Part shown: positions 1-14,759 of the stretch, in pieces | How the letters are laid out: every line of letters begins with the position of its first letter | How positions within the stretch are numbered: position 1 is the stretch's first letter | Assembly (NCBI GenBank): GCA_012295275.1 | Contig: CM022678.1 | Location: forward strand, 5,394,001 to 5,458,000 | Direction: 5' to 3' | Source of the DNA: Chrysomallon squamiferum | Taxonomy: Eukaryota; Animalia; Mollusca | Length of the DNA: 64,000 nucleotides | Made by a program: the position numbers and the translations under genes | The notes under the pieces: generated by a model | The model's database searches: none | What the model was told of the DNA's origin: nothing | What the model saw: only the letters and a program-made list of their open reading frames with translations

Positions 1-667
1 TGTAGAACGGGCGAAGAATTTTTGTGACAGTTTTCGTGTTAATTTTTTCAAAGACTGTTTTTAGAATAATTATAATCAGAATATACGATTTACGTACGTC
101 ATTCATAATAAATAAATCAATAAATAAATAAATCAATAAAATGCTAAATACAATGATAAATGTGTGCGGCGGCTTAGGATCACCAGTCATACGGTGAAAA
201 TGATCAGAAACTCGGGTTTTCATGGAACCAGATAAACCAAATTAAAAGTGATATGCGATGCACGGCGGTGCTATGTCAGAGATTTTACATCAGTCTTGGC
301 AAAACAAGTGTTTTTTTAGTTTTAGCATAATTTCGTTATCTAAGATTTTTGATAGGTCACACCAAAAAAAAAAAAAAATTAACTGTTTTCAGCAAAAAAA
401 AAACATGGATAGACATGAAAGTCGATATGTTTTCTAAAATATTTATGGTGAAAAAAACAAACAAAAAAAGCACACAAAAAAAAGAGATTGATGCATTGGA
501 CTGCATTAACAAGCTGGAACATCCTACTGGTTATCCTATGCCGATTAACGTATATTTGAAATACATTAAATATACATCAGTAACAGCAAATAGTAATAAA
601 AAGAAGAAAGAGATTTATTAAAATGCTGCTAGCTCAGTAACGAGAGTTAGAGAACCAGTGCGTGTTC

Positions 668-782
<115 letters not shown>

Positions 783-1102
783 ATTATAATGTTTATTATT
801 ATTATTACTGTCGTAGAGAAATACTGGTACACTTTGAGAGTTGACGTTTTCCTAATTATTATTAATTGTTATTTCTTTTGTATTTCTTCATTTTTATTTT
901 TATTTATTTTCATTTTTATCTTATTTTATTTTATTTTATTATTTTCACAATCTAGTTGTACACCTTTCTCTCTTTATATTTTATTATACACCTTTTTTTT
1001 TTATAAAAAAAAAAAAAAAATTATTTTTATTATATATATATTTTCATTTTAAACAACCAAACAACCATTTTTTGCATCAAGCGTCGAAATTTTAGTAGAA
1101 TA

Positions 1103-1138
<36 letters not shown>

Positions 1139-1594
1139 AGGAAAGAAAAAAATGAACAATGACTCATGGAAGTATATATGATAGAAACGATAATAATTGA
1201 ATAAAACTTTATATTATATTGCATTACATCATATATTATATTATATTGTATCACAGAAAATATATTTGATAATAAATTTCAATACTTCTTTCAAATCATT
1301 AAGAATGAAAATACTCTGAGAGATATTTAGATGAAAACAAATACCTTTCTCACACTGGCGTAATTTGTGTTTTATGTGTGGTGTGTGTGTGTGTGTGCAT
1401 ACACATAGAGAGATAGATATATATATATATATTGATTTGTATGAGTATGCATGTGTATGTATAGACAGACAGATAAACAGACAGATTGATATATATATAT
1501 ATAATAATAATATAAATAATATTAATACTAATCTAATACTACTATTACTACTACTAGTACTACTACCACCAAATTCTACTACTACTACTACTAC

Positions 1595-1633
<39 letters not shown>

Positions 1634-2722
1634 CAACAACAACAACAACAACAACGATTGTTACCAGTTCGCTGAAACAGCGACATCGAAGTTTATCTTA
1701 AGTACGACACAAAACTTTAAAAATGAAAATGTATCAAAAAAAAAAAAAAAAAAAAAAAAGAAAAAAAACAAAATCAACAAAATATCTTCTGACTTTTGAT
1801 TCATAGGCGTCGAATAAGCAAAATATTTTATAAGTCAACTGAATCACCGAGCACAGCATGTATATTTTATGGTTCTGTTGGCTGATCTTGTTTATTTATT
1901 TGTGGGATGTTTTTTTTTTAGTTGTTAGAGTTCACAGAATATATAGGTTTCGCTTAGCATTTACATTAGAAAAAAACAAAATATATATATAAATATTTTA
2001 CAAACACTTTGTGCGGTTTAGGTTGGGTCTATTATACAAAGAAACAATAAAATATTTGTGTTTTATTTTTGGGGGTTTTTTTGTGTGTTTTTTTTTTTTT
2101 TACAATTAATATTTACATTATGCATGAGAAGCAAAGAAAATGAATGCGCAATTTATTCGCTAAACAGCAGAATTGTTGTAGCGTGAAAAAATGTTTTCTT
2201 TCTGTCATTTAATTTATTATTATTACATTCCTCTTGAGTTTTTTTTTTTTTTTTTTTTTTTTTTTATATTTCTTTTTCTTCAGATCGTATATGTGAGTTA
2301 AGCTATTGATCTTTACCAACAAACATTTTAGCAGCTGAAAATAAGTAATCGAAACGAATAGCACGAAAGCTATTGATGAAAACATAACGTTAGCAACTGT
2401 AACAACTGCAGTAACTACAGCAACGGGTTAACAACAGCAAAAGCAAGAGAATGAATAATAACGACATCAACAGAAAAACGATTATACTAAGGATAATAAA
2501 GATATTGATTGTCACTTTATGCTTGTGTGAATGTGTGCGTCTCTATCTCTGCATGTGTGTTCATGCCCGCACCTGTGTATATATATATATATATATTCTC
2601 TGTCTTGCGTACATCTGATTAGACTCTGAATACAGAAAATATTCGGCGGGGGAGTACTGGCACAGGGGGACAAAGTCTAATCACGACCTCACAAACCCGT
2701 CAGATGTCGCTGACAAGGCTCA

Positions 2723-2785
<63 letters not shown>

Positions 2786-3197
2786 CCACTCATAAACTCG
2801 TACACTCTCAGTACATTGAGTAATCAGTAATCGAGGAAGATGAATCTCAAACATTTGCTTCCGTTTCGATTATTTTATCGCCGATTCTAATCAAACAATA
2901 CTTAAACACAAAGCAGTCGCAGGGTGAACATTTATTGATCGCAATGAACCCAGCAGAAACTAGAATGAGAATATTGCCTGAAGGATTTCTTGTACGCAGA
3001 CTGAATTTTAACATTTAGGATCACTTCTCAAATCACTACACCGGAAATATTGTAAAAAAAAAAAAAAAAGTTCTGAGAGTGATAATCATAATTAACAACA
3101 AACACACATATAAACAAAATAAATACACTAGTAATATTTTAAATAAATGCACCACCAATTTTTTACAGGACTAAAATTTTAAACAAATAACTTAGAA

Positions 3198-4742
3198 TCA
3201 CGACGTAACAATCCTGCCAGGGTTTACCAGCAAATAGTTAAAATATTTCGGGTGTTTAAACATGTAGCTTAAGTCTTTAAATGTCGGGTTTGTGTTAGGA
3301 CAGACGGGTACGAAATCGTGTTTGAGATCGAAGAACCGACCCCGTCTGAAAAGGGATAAAATGTAAGTAATATTTCTGTTCTTTGGGTTATCTGCCCATC
3401 TTGGCCAGTCTGCGTTTATAGTGGACATGATTTTCACGTAGACTTGACCCGGTGTCCCGAAATACGACAGATGCCAGCCAGCGTGCAGTTCTGCGGAGCC
3501 CATGAACCACACGTCGTGCAAACGGTCTCCTCCGAAGTTTTTTATTCCCGTTTTACGTCGATTGTTGAAGATGTGTCCTCGGAGAATATTTGAATTTCCC
3601 GAATAAACGTCGTAAAACATTTTAACAGTAGACACACCCATAGCTGGCCACTTCACTTTCTGGTCGAACCAGTACAATCCGTAGCGAAACAGCTGCAAGA
3701 AAAATCCAACGGGAACCGGAAATCCGTCGTGCAGTTTGAGAAAAAGTAGCTCGTCCAGTCCTGGAGTCTCGTCTGCGTCGAAATACATAAATAAATCATC
3801 ATCGCGCACGTTTTTAACACGTTCTTTCAGCGCAGGTCCGAACATCCTTCTGATGTGAGCTTCCTGAGCAAAACCAGCGCCTCGTTTTCGAGCCTCCGGA
3901 ACAAATTCACCGTTAAACATGTGCATTATCTTACCGTGCCAGCGGCGCAGTAATCCCCTCTTCAAAGCCGGAAGTAAGTAAAGCGGTTTCGGATCACCGT
4001 AGTTGGTGACGTTTCCTTCCAGGATGAGAAATAAATCGACGGCGGGCGCGGTCTGTAACATCTTCAGAAAAAGCACAACGTGTTCCATGTTGAACGTCAA
4101 GGCGAAGATAATTCTGCGCGGAACCATTCGAGGCGTGAACACGTATTTTTTTTTCAGTCTCTTGAGAGCCACGTCTACGGTTTGAGGCACAGAACAATAT
4201 TTTCCAGTGAAACTCGGGAAACATACGCACGTCCTGTTCCCGTCTGTCTCGTTTTTCATTTTCTCTGTGCCTCGTTTGTAACACGCGATATTTTTACCAG
4301 AAAAATAAAAGTAATCGGACTTCGCGTCTTCTAAGCGATGAACCGACGGGTTGTGGTAATCGTAGTTCAGGAACAAATTATTGCCTTCTTCTTCAGGCAT
4401 GTTAATTGGATCTGTCCTGTTTGGGCTGAAATAATTATCCACGCTTTTGTACCACTGTAAGATCTTCGCAGCCTCTCTGGGTGTAAACGGAACGTTCCGG
4501 CGTTTAGCATCTTCGTCTCTGCACGTGACGTCAAGGTCACGTGCTGGATAAACGGGGGTGTCCACAAGGCCGGACTCTTCGTAGAACAGGGTTTCCATGA
4601 CATTTTTTGGAGTGGTATCATACCAGAGTTTCATGTAAGACAGGTTTTGTTTTCCTCTTGTAAAATACGTGAACATAAAGAAAATCACCTGAAGTGTTAT
4701 GACGAATAAAATTAGTCTTTTTACAACGAAAACGTATTTCAT
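3198..4742 (-). CDS. MGAT3: GT17 family beta-1,4-N-acetylglucosaminyltransferase (MGAT3/GnT-III-like), copy 1, 514 aa, single coding exon
   Basis: Type II TM anchor at the N-terminus. Cys stem CYKRGT...CVCFPSFTGKYCSVP. Motifs RRII..TFNME..L, E.N.T.YGDPKPL, DDLFMYFDADETP (DxD), LFLKLHDG..P, YGLYW, AGWH.S and DWPRW match recalled MGAT3 motifs. Splice acceptor tttcag| with exon start at 4810. AATAAA (minus strand) at 2931-2936. Confidence 0.93.
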   Translation of the reverse strand: MKYVFVVKRLILFVITLQVIFFMFTYFTRGKQNLSYMKLWYDTTPKNVMETLFYEESGLVDTPVYPARDLDVTCRDEDAKRRNVPFTPREAAKILQWYKSVDNYFSPNRTDPINMPEEEGNNLFLNYDYHNPSVHRLEDAKSDYFYFSGKNIACYKRGTEKMKNETDGNRTCVCFPSFTGKYCSVPQTVDVALKRLKKKYVFTPRMVPRRIIFALTFNMEHVVLFLKMLQTAPAVDLFLILEGNVTNYGDPKPLYLLPALKRGLLRRWHGKIMHMFNGEFVPEARKRGAGFAQEAHIRRMFGPALKERVKNVRDDDLFMYFDADETPGLDELLFLKLHDGFPVPVGFFLQLFRYGLYWFDQKVKWPAMGVSTVKMFYDVYSGNSNILRGHIFNNRRKTGIKNFGGDRLHDVWFMGSAELHAGWHLSYFGTPGQVYVKIMSTINADWPRWADNPKNRNITYILSLFRRGRFFDLKHDFVPVCPNTNPTFKDLSYMFKHPKYFNYLLVNPGRIVTS

Positions 4743-5250
4743 TGTTTAAACGCTAATCCTGACTAACTGTGAAATCCAAACGCTTTCTTCAGAATTATAC
4801 TTCTTTTATTCTGAAATAAACCAAACAAAAAATAACTGTAATTAGTTTGTTCCATTCTCCTGAGTCGTATAAACTTTATTATTAGTAGTAGTAATAGTAG
4901 GAGTAGTAGTAATAATAGTAGTAGAGGTAGTAGCAGTAGTAGTAGTTGTAGTAGTATACTTCTTGTTGTTGATGTTTTTACGATAAAGATTTGTTAATAA
5001 TAATAATAACAAAAATAGTAACATAATAATAATAAATAATAATAATAACAATAACAGTAATAATAATAATATTAATAATAATAACAATAACAATAATAAT
5101 AATAATAACAATAATAATAATAACAATAACAATAATAATAATAATAACAACAATAATAATAATAACAATAACAATTATAACAATAATAATAATAACAATA
5201 ATAATAATAAGAATAACAATAATAATAATAATAACAGTAATAATAACAAC

Positions 5251-5312
<62 letters not shown>

Positions 5313-5721
5313 TAACAATAATAATAACAATAATGATAATAATAAGTAGTAGTAGTGTGTATGTATATATATATATATATATATATATCACATCTGCTAA
5401 AATGAATAATCAGCAGATGAGAATAGCAAATAAAATATTAAAACTAGATATCTCAATGTGGACAAATTTTTAGAGAAAGCTGTCAACCAAAAGTTATCAT
5501 TGAAAAAACAGAGTACTTTCCGGAGACAGATTTACCTCAGAAATAATGTATATATTTTTGGTTTCAGGTCATAATGCTCAGATAATGAAAATACTTTGAT
5601 CATTATCTGAACTTTAATACGTACTTTATTAAAATCACTTAAATATGTATTTTAATAATAGTAGTAGCTGTAGCTGTAGTAATAGTAGTAGCAGCAGCAG
5701 CAGTAGCAATAGTAGTAGTAA

Positions 5722-5767
<46 letters not shown>

Positions 5768-5878
5768 TCTTTAAGAAAGAGCAAAATAATGTTTTTATAT
5801 GTTAATCCCCAAAGTTTATTACTATTACTGCTACTACTATTATTACTACTACTATTACTACTACTGCTGCTGATGATG

Positions 5879-5923
<45 letters not shown>

Positions 5924-6153
5924 TTATTATTATTATTATTATTATTGTTATTATTATTGTTTTTATTTTTATTATTATTATTATTTCGTTAAAAACAAAA
6001 TGAAACTAAAATAATAGAACTGTGATTTTCATAATCCATTTAACTTTCTACATGGTGTTATTTCTATAACTTCATCATCATCATTATTACTTCCACTACC
6101 ACCACCACCGCTACTACTACTGCTACTACTACTACTACTGTTATTATTATTAT

Positions 6154-6198
<45 letters not shown>

Positions 6199-7197
6199 CG
6201 AAATTTTAAAAATCAGAAAAGAAACATTTTAATCATTTTCATAATCCACTTAAATGCTGATAATCCTATAAGCTTAATGTAAGTCCAAGTTACTCAGCCA
6301 CGCTTTTATTCATAAACTATTTATGGCTTTTCATGAGGTCATAATGACTTTTTATTTATTTTTAATCCTAAATGTGAAGGTTATTTTCAAGACGTAGCAT
6401 ATGCTATTGGCAACCTGAGTTTTGTTACATTTTTGTTAATTTATTTTATTTTTAGTCAATGAAAGAACAAAAACAGTCATTTAAAAATAACAATAAAAAA
6501 TAAATAAATAAAAATTAGTTAACGGATTAATTAATAATAAATAAATCAGTATATTAAAAGGATTTGCATTCTCAGTAATAATAAAAGTAATAATAATAGT
6601 AATAATAATATTGATAATAATATAATAATAATAATAGTAACAATAATAATAATAATAATAATAATAATATAATAATAATAACAATAATCATAATAATAAT
6701 AATAACAACAACGACAACGACAACAACAGTGCCAACAGCCGAATTAATAATACTAATAACGACAGTGAGATTGATCACAACCTCCCCGACAACAACAACA
6801 ACAATAACACTGGTAAATTGTAAAAGCAATAACAACGACGGCAGCAACAATAATAACAGCAGCATGAACAACAACAACAACAACAACGATATAAAAAGAA
6901 AACGAGTATGGAGATGAATGGCCTGTACTATAGAAAATGGCGTACAAAGGTTTAGAGTCTTAGCCAACCATAACACCAGCCATAAAAATAAAATATGAAA
7001 TCAGCCTAAGAAATACTCGTCGGCTTTTTTTTTTTGTTGAAGGAGATAGAGATAAATAATATAATACGCAATAAGAGTGCTACGAGTGTGTGGGAAGCAG
7101 AAAGATAAAAACAGAAGAGGCCTAAAGGCAGGTAGGAAGATAGAAAGGTTGCTGGTAAAGTAAGGGGGTGGTATATAAGTGGATTATATAGATATAT

Positions 7198-7313
<116 letters not shown>

Positions 7314-7496
7314 CATCAAAGGGAAACCTGACATTAATATTATAAATAAATTTAAAAAAAAAAAAAAAAATCAGAGCAAAATCAGTGACATGCAAAAGAA
7401 ATTCTATGTAATCCCGACCCGTTACGCATTTAACACAACATTCGCATCACGTTTAGCCGAGATTCTGAAATCTCTCACACAGTATTTTATTCTTAC

Positions 7497-7570
7497 CTTT
7501 CGTCTGTGAATAACGCTTCAGACTTCACGGCTTGTGCTACACTGGAAACCACAGGGCGGGCAACCATGAG
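7497..7570 (-). promoter_or_regulatory. Candidate non-coding first exon of GT17 copy 1
   Basis: Unique, more GC-rich island ending in a minus-strand donor aag|gtaaga at 7497/7496, upstream of the 4810 acceptor. Confidence 0.3.
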
Positions 7571-7964
7571 GTATAAACGCAGATGTGGCCCAAACAAGCA
7601 AACAAACGATCTGTCCACAGAGTTATCTAAACGAAATGCTTTTGTGTTACGTATCTGCCCATAACATTACTCGAAGCCTAGTGGCCACTTAATAGATAAG
7701 ATAAGCCCGAGTATCGAACATTTAGTTGACTCCTTTTTTTTCTTTCTTTTTTCTCTTCTGTGAACTAGTGCAGGAAACGTGTCCGATCTCTGGTTAAATG
7801 TGTGACAGATAAGAACCAGTCACCCAGAACGAGATGTAAGCCGTTTTTTTTTTTTTTTGTGTTGTTTTTTATAGCGCAAACTGGAACAACAGTTTTGCGA
7901 GGATTCACATGTACGTACGTAGAGAAACACGAATACACATAGAGGCATATATCTATATATATCA

Positions 7965-7998
<34 letters not shown>

Positions 7999-8258
7999 GC
8001 GAACATACCTATCACACACAGACACATAGAGAGGCACACACAGAAACACACGTGTGACACATACATACACAGTTACACACGTACATATGCAGACACCTCG
8101 GAAAAAAAACACAGACACACAAAAAAAAATCCACAGGCACAAAAACACAGAGAATCGCAAGTTACACACACATATAAACACACACACACCCACAGACATA
8201 TACACAGAGACATAAAGAAACACATACACAAACACACAGTAACAATAACAATAACAAG

Positions 8259-8705
8259 GATTGTGCGAACGGGTGAGTAATTTAACGGAGGAGTTAGGTA
8301 GCGAGTGACTCAGTGCATGCAAGAAAGAAGAATTTAAACAAAGAATGAATGGAATAATGAACGAATCAATAACTCAGTAAAAAAAATGGAATAGTGAATG
8401 AATCAATAACTCAGTAAAACAATGGAATAACGAATGAATCAATAACTCAGTAAAACAATGGAATAGTGAATGAATCAATAACTCAGTAAAACAATGAATG
8501 ACAGAAAAAAACAAAAAAAAACAACTAGGGAGCGAACGAGCGAACTGCCAGTTGCATCAACGGACGAACTAAAGAACCAGTCAATCAAACAAGCAGTCAA
8601 AATAAATCATCCAACAAATCAGATCATAACTTAAACAATCAATCAACGGACCAGAGAATCAAAATCCTTTATCATTAACATTCATCGTCTATATAAAAAA
8701 AAATA

Positions 8706-8738
<33 letters not shown>

Positions 8739-9350
8739 TATATATAAAGTCGATGATTTTTTTTTTTTTTTTTTTTAATAAGTAAACGAAGATCAAACCC
8801 AAACGTAATTACAACATAATATCAAAGTCGTGGTTTCACTGTACACAGTCACGTATAAATAAAGTAATATTTTTACCTCATTAAATAAGTACGATCTCTC
8901 TGCCATTTCTGTAAAATTCCACATTTCACAGTTCTGCAGCTGTTTTTTTTTTTTTTTTTTTTTTATGCTAACACCAACAACACTCGAGTACTCACTCAAA
9001 CGAAAACTCTGTACTGAAGTAAAAACAGACTCCTGGACGTAGTAAACACAACCTTCGACTGTACAGTTTTAAAAAAAATCCACAAAACTGGCCTCCATAT
9101 ATTAAACACAAGCAGCTGGTATAGGTTAAAATGAAAAAAACAAACAAAAAATAAATAAAATTAAATAAAATAAATAAAATAAAAGTCTGCGCTAGTTAAA
9201 GAATTATTGATCCAGCTGGAGCTTTCTGTTGACTTTGTCAATATGTTATAAAAAGCTGTTTTCACTGGGACTGCCATAGATAAAGAGATCATAAATTTTG
9301 ATTGTAGAGAGAGTTTCCGAAAATCTATAGTAATAATTACTACACCTGTT
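8259..9350 (+). repeat. Segment X, a diverged direct copy of 49151-50012
   Basis: Shared blocks ttgtgcgaac..gtgagta, aagtcgtggtttcactgtacacagtc, taatatttttacctcatt…aagtacgatct…catttctgtaaaattccac, aaacgaaaactctgtactgaagt and cgaaaatctata.taataattact. Confidence 0.85.
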
Positions 9351-9907
9351 ACCACAGCTGATATAGCGACTCAGTGTAAAATCACATGTTTGTTAGATAA
9401 TAATAATAATTATAATTATAATTATAATAATTATAATAATAATAATAATAATAAATGATCAGTAGGCAATAACTATAGTTTACAAAAATAAAAATAAAAA
9501 CTGATTTAAGGTAAAAATGAATTAATAAATAAATAAATAAAAATCAATTCTTCAGTCAATCAATCAATAGTAATAATAATGATGATAATAATTTAATAAA
9601 TAAATAAATAAAAATCAATCAATCAATAAATAATAATAATAATAATAATAACAACAACAATAATAATAACAACAATAACAATAACAACAACAACAACAAT
9701 AATAATAATAATAATAAATTATCAGAAGGCAATAACTATAGTTTACAAAAATAAAAATAATAACTTATTTAAGGAAAAAATGAACAGCCTGTAAGATAAC
9801 TATTGTCAGTAAAATAATAATTACTGTGTATAAGGTAATAACAACTCTCTGTCATATAATAATAAAGGTTTGTAACAATAATTATATCTACAAAACAGTC
9901 AGTAACA

Positions 9908-9951
<44 letters not shown>

Positions 9952-10022
9952 CATGAGATAACAATAATTGTCTATAACTTAATAATAAATGTATATCATG
10001 TAATTATGAAAGTTCATATAAG

Positions 10023-10055
<33 letters not shown>

Positions 10056-10809
10056 GTAGATAACATAACAATGACCGTCCACTTAATAATAACAATTATC
10101 TGTAGAAATAACATTCTATGAAACAAGACTAACATAACAACAAACGGCTGTAAAAATATTTTTAAAAAAAATATCGTGTACAGGGCAATAACAAGAACGT
10201 ATCAAATTAAGTGTCTGCAGTAATTATCTTCTGCTGTACGTTAAATAATTGTCTAGAAGATAATAACGACTTCTCATGAGATAAAATGTTTAAAAAAAAA
10301 AATGCACAGATAGCTAAACGATATAATCTCACCCAGTTACTGCTGTCCAAGATTTTACTTGAGCGTCACGCACGAATGAGCTCGACGTACCAAATAGCAC
10401 GAGCGGTCTAGGATCCTGTGTAATTTCCTCCCTTCCCATACAGCGGCATCACAATGAGAGTGTATTTCTGCAGAAACGTCGAGTGAACAATACCGCGAGA
10501 TAATGAAACTTTTCGTTAGCGATTCGATACAAGGCACAAATGATTATAAAGCAGGATTAATGATTTCCAGCGTCGATGATTTATGGAATAGCTTTTGCTG
10601 TTGTCGTTTATTGTTGCTGGCGTTGTTATCGTGTTTATAGTTACTGTTTTGATTATTAGTAGTTGTAGTATCTATTTATTTATTTATTTATTTATTTATT
10701 TACTTACATACTTACATACTTGCTTATTTATGTACATTTCACTTTTTTATATTTTTTTTTTTTTTGTTATTTTACCTTTGCGGTTTACTTGATTTTCCGG
10801 TTTGTTTGG

Positions 10810-10864
<55 letters not shown>

Positions 10865-10963
10865 CTTAAATAAATGTCGCAATTTAGCCTCCAGTTCTTT
10901 TTATATAATTAAATATTTCATTTTTCATCCTTTCTTTTTTTCATTTTTTTTTTTTTTCGTCTA

Positions 10964-11022
<59 letters not shown>

Positions 11023-11420
11023 ATTATTATTATTATTATCATCTTCATTATTATTACTGTTATTATTATTATAATGATATTTATTTAATTCTTTATTTTT
11101 TTTTTTTTTTTTTTTTTTTTTGACGAAACAGAGGTAGATACGACATGCATATTCCTGTTGCATGTTAGCTCAACGAGCCAGAGGTCAAGAGATCGGCTCT
11201 TCTCCGGTGAATCTTTACGATTTGTTTGGCAGTACTGACATCAAAGTCTCTCACAAAGACTGACACTCGTTCGTTGTTAACGTTAATGTTTTTCTCTTGT
11301 GACCGAGATTTAGTAACCGCTGGTGAAATAAATGTTACGCTTTTGTTAGACCGACATTCTTTCGTTTGTTCGTCCTCCTTGGTTCATTACGTCTTTCTTT
11401 ATATTCTTTCTTTCTTGCAT

Positions 11421-11455
<35 letters not shown>

Positions 11456-11466
11456 TTTTATTTATT

Positions 11467-11497
<31 letters not shown>

Positions 11498-11556
11498 TTT
11501 TTTATCGCTCAGTATTTTAGTTATGTATCTTTCATTTATCTATCTGTATTCATTTA

Positions 11557-11657
<101 letters not shown>

Positions 11658-11720
11658 CTCTCTCTATACATATTTATATATATCCCTCTATCTATCTATA
11701 TATCCATTTACCTACCCTCT

Positions 11721-11820
<100 letters not shown>

Positions 11821-12950
11821 CTATCTATTTATCTATCTATCTCCCACCCAAATTACAAAACGATTTACCGAAGTGTCGAGCAATATATTAGTTCTATTAA
11901 AATATTAGTATCCACAGGCAACAATTCATCCGACTGAAAAGTAAATGAAACCCGCTGAGCCGCAACTGTCCCTTTGTGTAAACGAAATGAAGTCTATCAG
12001 CCTCTTATTAATTCTGTATGAAGGTCTGATATCAACAGCTATTTTATCTCCTGAATGTGCAAATGTGTTAACATGATGTATATGTATGTGAAAGTGTAGG
12101 TAGGTACTTAGGCATGGATGTAGGCCACACCAGGTCGATATGTAGGGCTGCCACATGCCACGAATAAACTATAGTTATTTTTTTGCAACCAAATATAAAA
12201 GCAATATATAAAGCCTCACTGTATTCGTAGTGAGGTGATAGCGTAAGAAGGGAGGCGTAACTTACGTGAGTCAATGAACTCTAACTAATATTGTTATTAA
12301 CGGGTTGGACGCTGTATTGAAATTTAAAAAAAAAAGATGGAACGAATCAGCGCAAACTAGCTTAGCCATTGTTCACACTTTCTATGGACAATTTAATATA
12401 TAGGACTGTTGAAGATTTTGTTAATAAATGTATACAGACACGCACACACACACACACAGGCACACACATACACACAAATAAAGTATAGACACAGACACAT
12501 ACACACATACACACACATATACACTCATACACACATACACACACACATAAAATCACTGAACTGTGTGTGTACGTATGTATATGCTTACATATAGGCATAT
12601 ACAAATACATAAGCACATACATACATACTCACATACACACATATATGCATCTACAAATACACACATACATAAATACACACCTACACACGCACAAATATAG
12701 CTATATGTTCTATATTAATTCATATGGATTTCTTTTTTTTTTTTTTTTCGTAACTGAAAGAGAAACAGTTTCGTAACTCTGCAATGAAAAATTCAGTGCA
12801 ATTGAAGTGGATCCATGAACAGCTGATTAATCGATTTACTGGAAAAGCTGCATACATTATACATGACTTTCTCCTAATATATGATGACTTTAAATATTAT
12901 TTTGATTTCGTATTTATTTATTTACTTACATAACTGTATTTATTATTCAT

Positions 12951-12987
<37 letters not shown>

Positions 12988-13125
12988 GTTTGTTTGTTTC
13001 ATTTATTTTATTTTAATTCATTTTGTTTTATTTTATTTATTTACTTATTTATTTTTTGATTTATTTATTTATTTAATAATTTATTTTTATTTTGTTTGTT
13101 TATTTGTTTATTTGTTTATTTGTTT

Positions 13126-13191
<66 letters not shown>

Positions 13192-13318
13192 TATTTATAT
13201 ATTTATTTAGTTAGTTACTGTCCATTTACCAGTAAAGAAAAAAATATATACGAGGAGAAGTTTGTTTGGTAAGAATACATATTTTGCACAGTGTACATAT
13301 TCGTACAGTGACTGTTTT

Positions 13319-13354
<36 letters not shown>

Positions 13355-13453
13355 TATATAAATGGCACACATATTTTTATTTAACAACAATGTGTGAGTC
13401 TTTGTCCATAATTCAATACATAACTTTAGCATAAATGCAAAGATTAATTAGAT

Positions 13454-13492
<39 letters not shown>

Positions 13493-13648
13493 TATAATTA
13501 TAATAGTCGTAGTAATAACAATATTAAAAACTTGCATATATTTTATTATTACTACTACTACTACTACTACTACTACTAACGTCACTATTATCATTATTAT
13601 TCCTGCTGCTGCTGTTAATATATCTTACAGCACTATAACTACTACTAT

Positions 13649-13679
<31 letters not shown>

Positions 13680-13680
<1 letters not shown>

Positions 13681-13920
13681 TCGTAGTTTCGACGCGCGAC
13701 GTCGCCCGACAATCGAACGATTCGCGACACAAAAGTCGCGCGTCGTGTAAGTGGTTCGTGCGACATTTGTGCAAAATTCGTGCGACATACGCAAAAGTAC
13801 CAATCGAAAATTGTCGCTAATTCGCCTATTTTTTTATTTTCTTTTATTTATTTATTTATTTATTTTTTTTTATTTTTTTCCTAAATTCGTCGCGAGTTGT
13901 CGCTGCCCAGTGAGATACTG
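13680..13920. mobile_element. CpG-rich probable DNA-transposon/MITE end fragment
   Basis: Island of gcgac/gtcgc subterminal-like motifs ending …gtcgctgcccagtgagatactg within AT-rich DNA. The partner TIR was not found. Confidence 0.4.
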
Positions 13921-14288
13921 TTTTATTTTTTATGTATATTTCTTGTCTAAAAGCGTTTTTCGATTCTAAACGCATCACTTTGTTGAACGTCCTAATCTTC
14001 CGCGTCATTCCAGTTTTGGATCATCTTAGCTTGTCCCTTCTGATCTTGTATCCTGTCTCGCGTAACACTGACCCAGCCCCCTTCCCCAGTCTAGGTCTCA
14101 TGTTCACGTCCCTACAAATATTTATTCAAATACGAATAATATTGATTATTCGTGTAGCCTATAATTTTAATATTTCTACTTAATCAGATGTCAGTTTTTT
14201 TTTGTTTTTTTTTTCTAATGTTATTCTCCGACTTGAGATCGATGATGTTATCTTTCGTTTTATTTCTCTGGGCTTTGTTGTTTATTTG

Positions 14289-14336
<48 letters not shown>

Positions 14337-14759
14337 CATTATTATTATTATTAATCTGTTTTACAAATGGGTAACTTAATATTTTTAATTACGTATCCTA
14401 TTTATTTTCGTGGTTTTTATTTCGACATTTTAATTTTCTTGATATCAGATTTCTTATTATTATTATTTTTTTTTTTTTCAAAATATAATTCACATCTTTT
14501 TATCTAGCTACAACTGCAATGGTTATTTAGTCCATTTACTTGAAGTGATGTTTTTAATATACACTACATTACAAAAACACATTCATTATATTCAATATTA
14601 ATCGTTTTCTTTTCTTTTTTTTTTTTTTTTTTTTTTTTAACTATATTGCATTATTTGTGTGCACTGAATAATAATAAACAAAAATATAAAAATTAACACT
14701 AGAAAACCATGAGGTCAGACATTTTTTTTTCTTCGTAATACATTTATTGTTTATTAGTA

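Noticed and set aside
3994-4621. Short overlapping or antisense ORFs within the GT17 genes (also 18633-18973 and 55627-55812)
   Set aside because: Shadow frames, conserved only because the GT17 DNA is duplicated.
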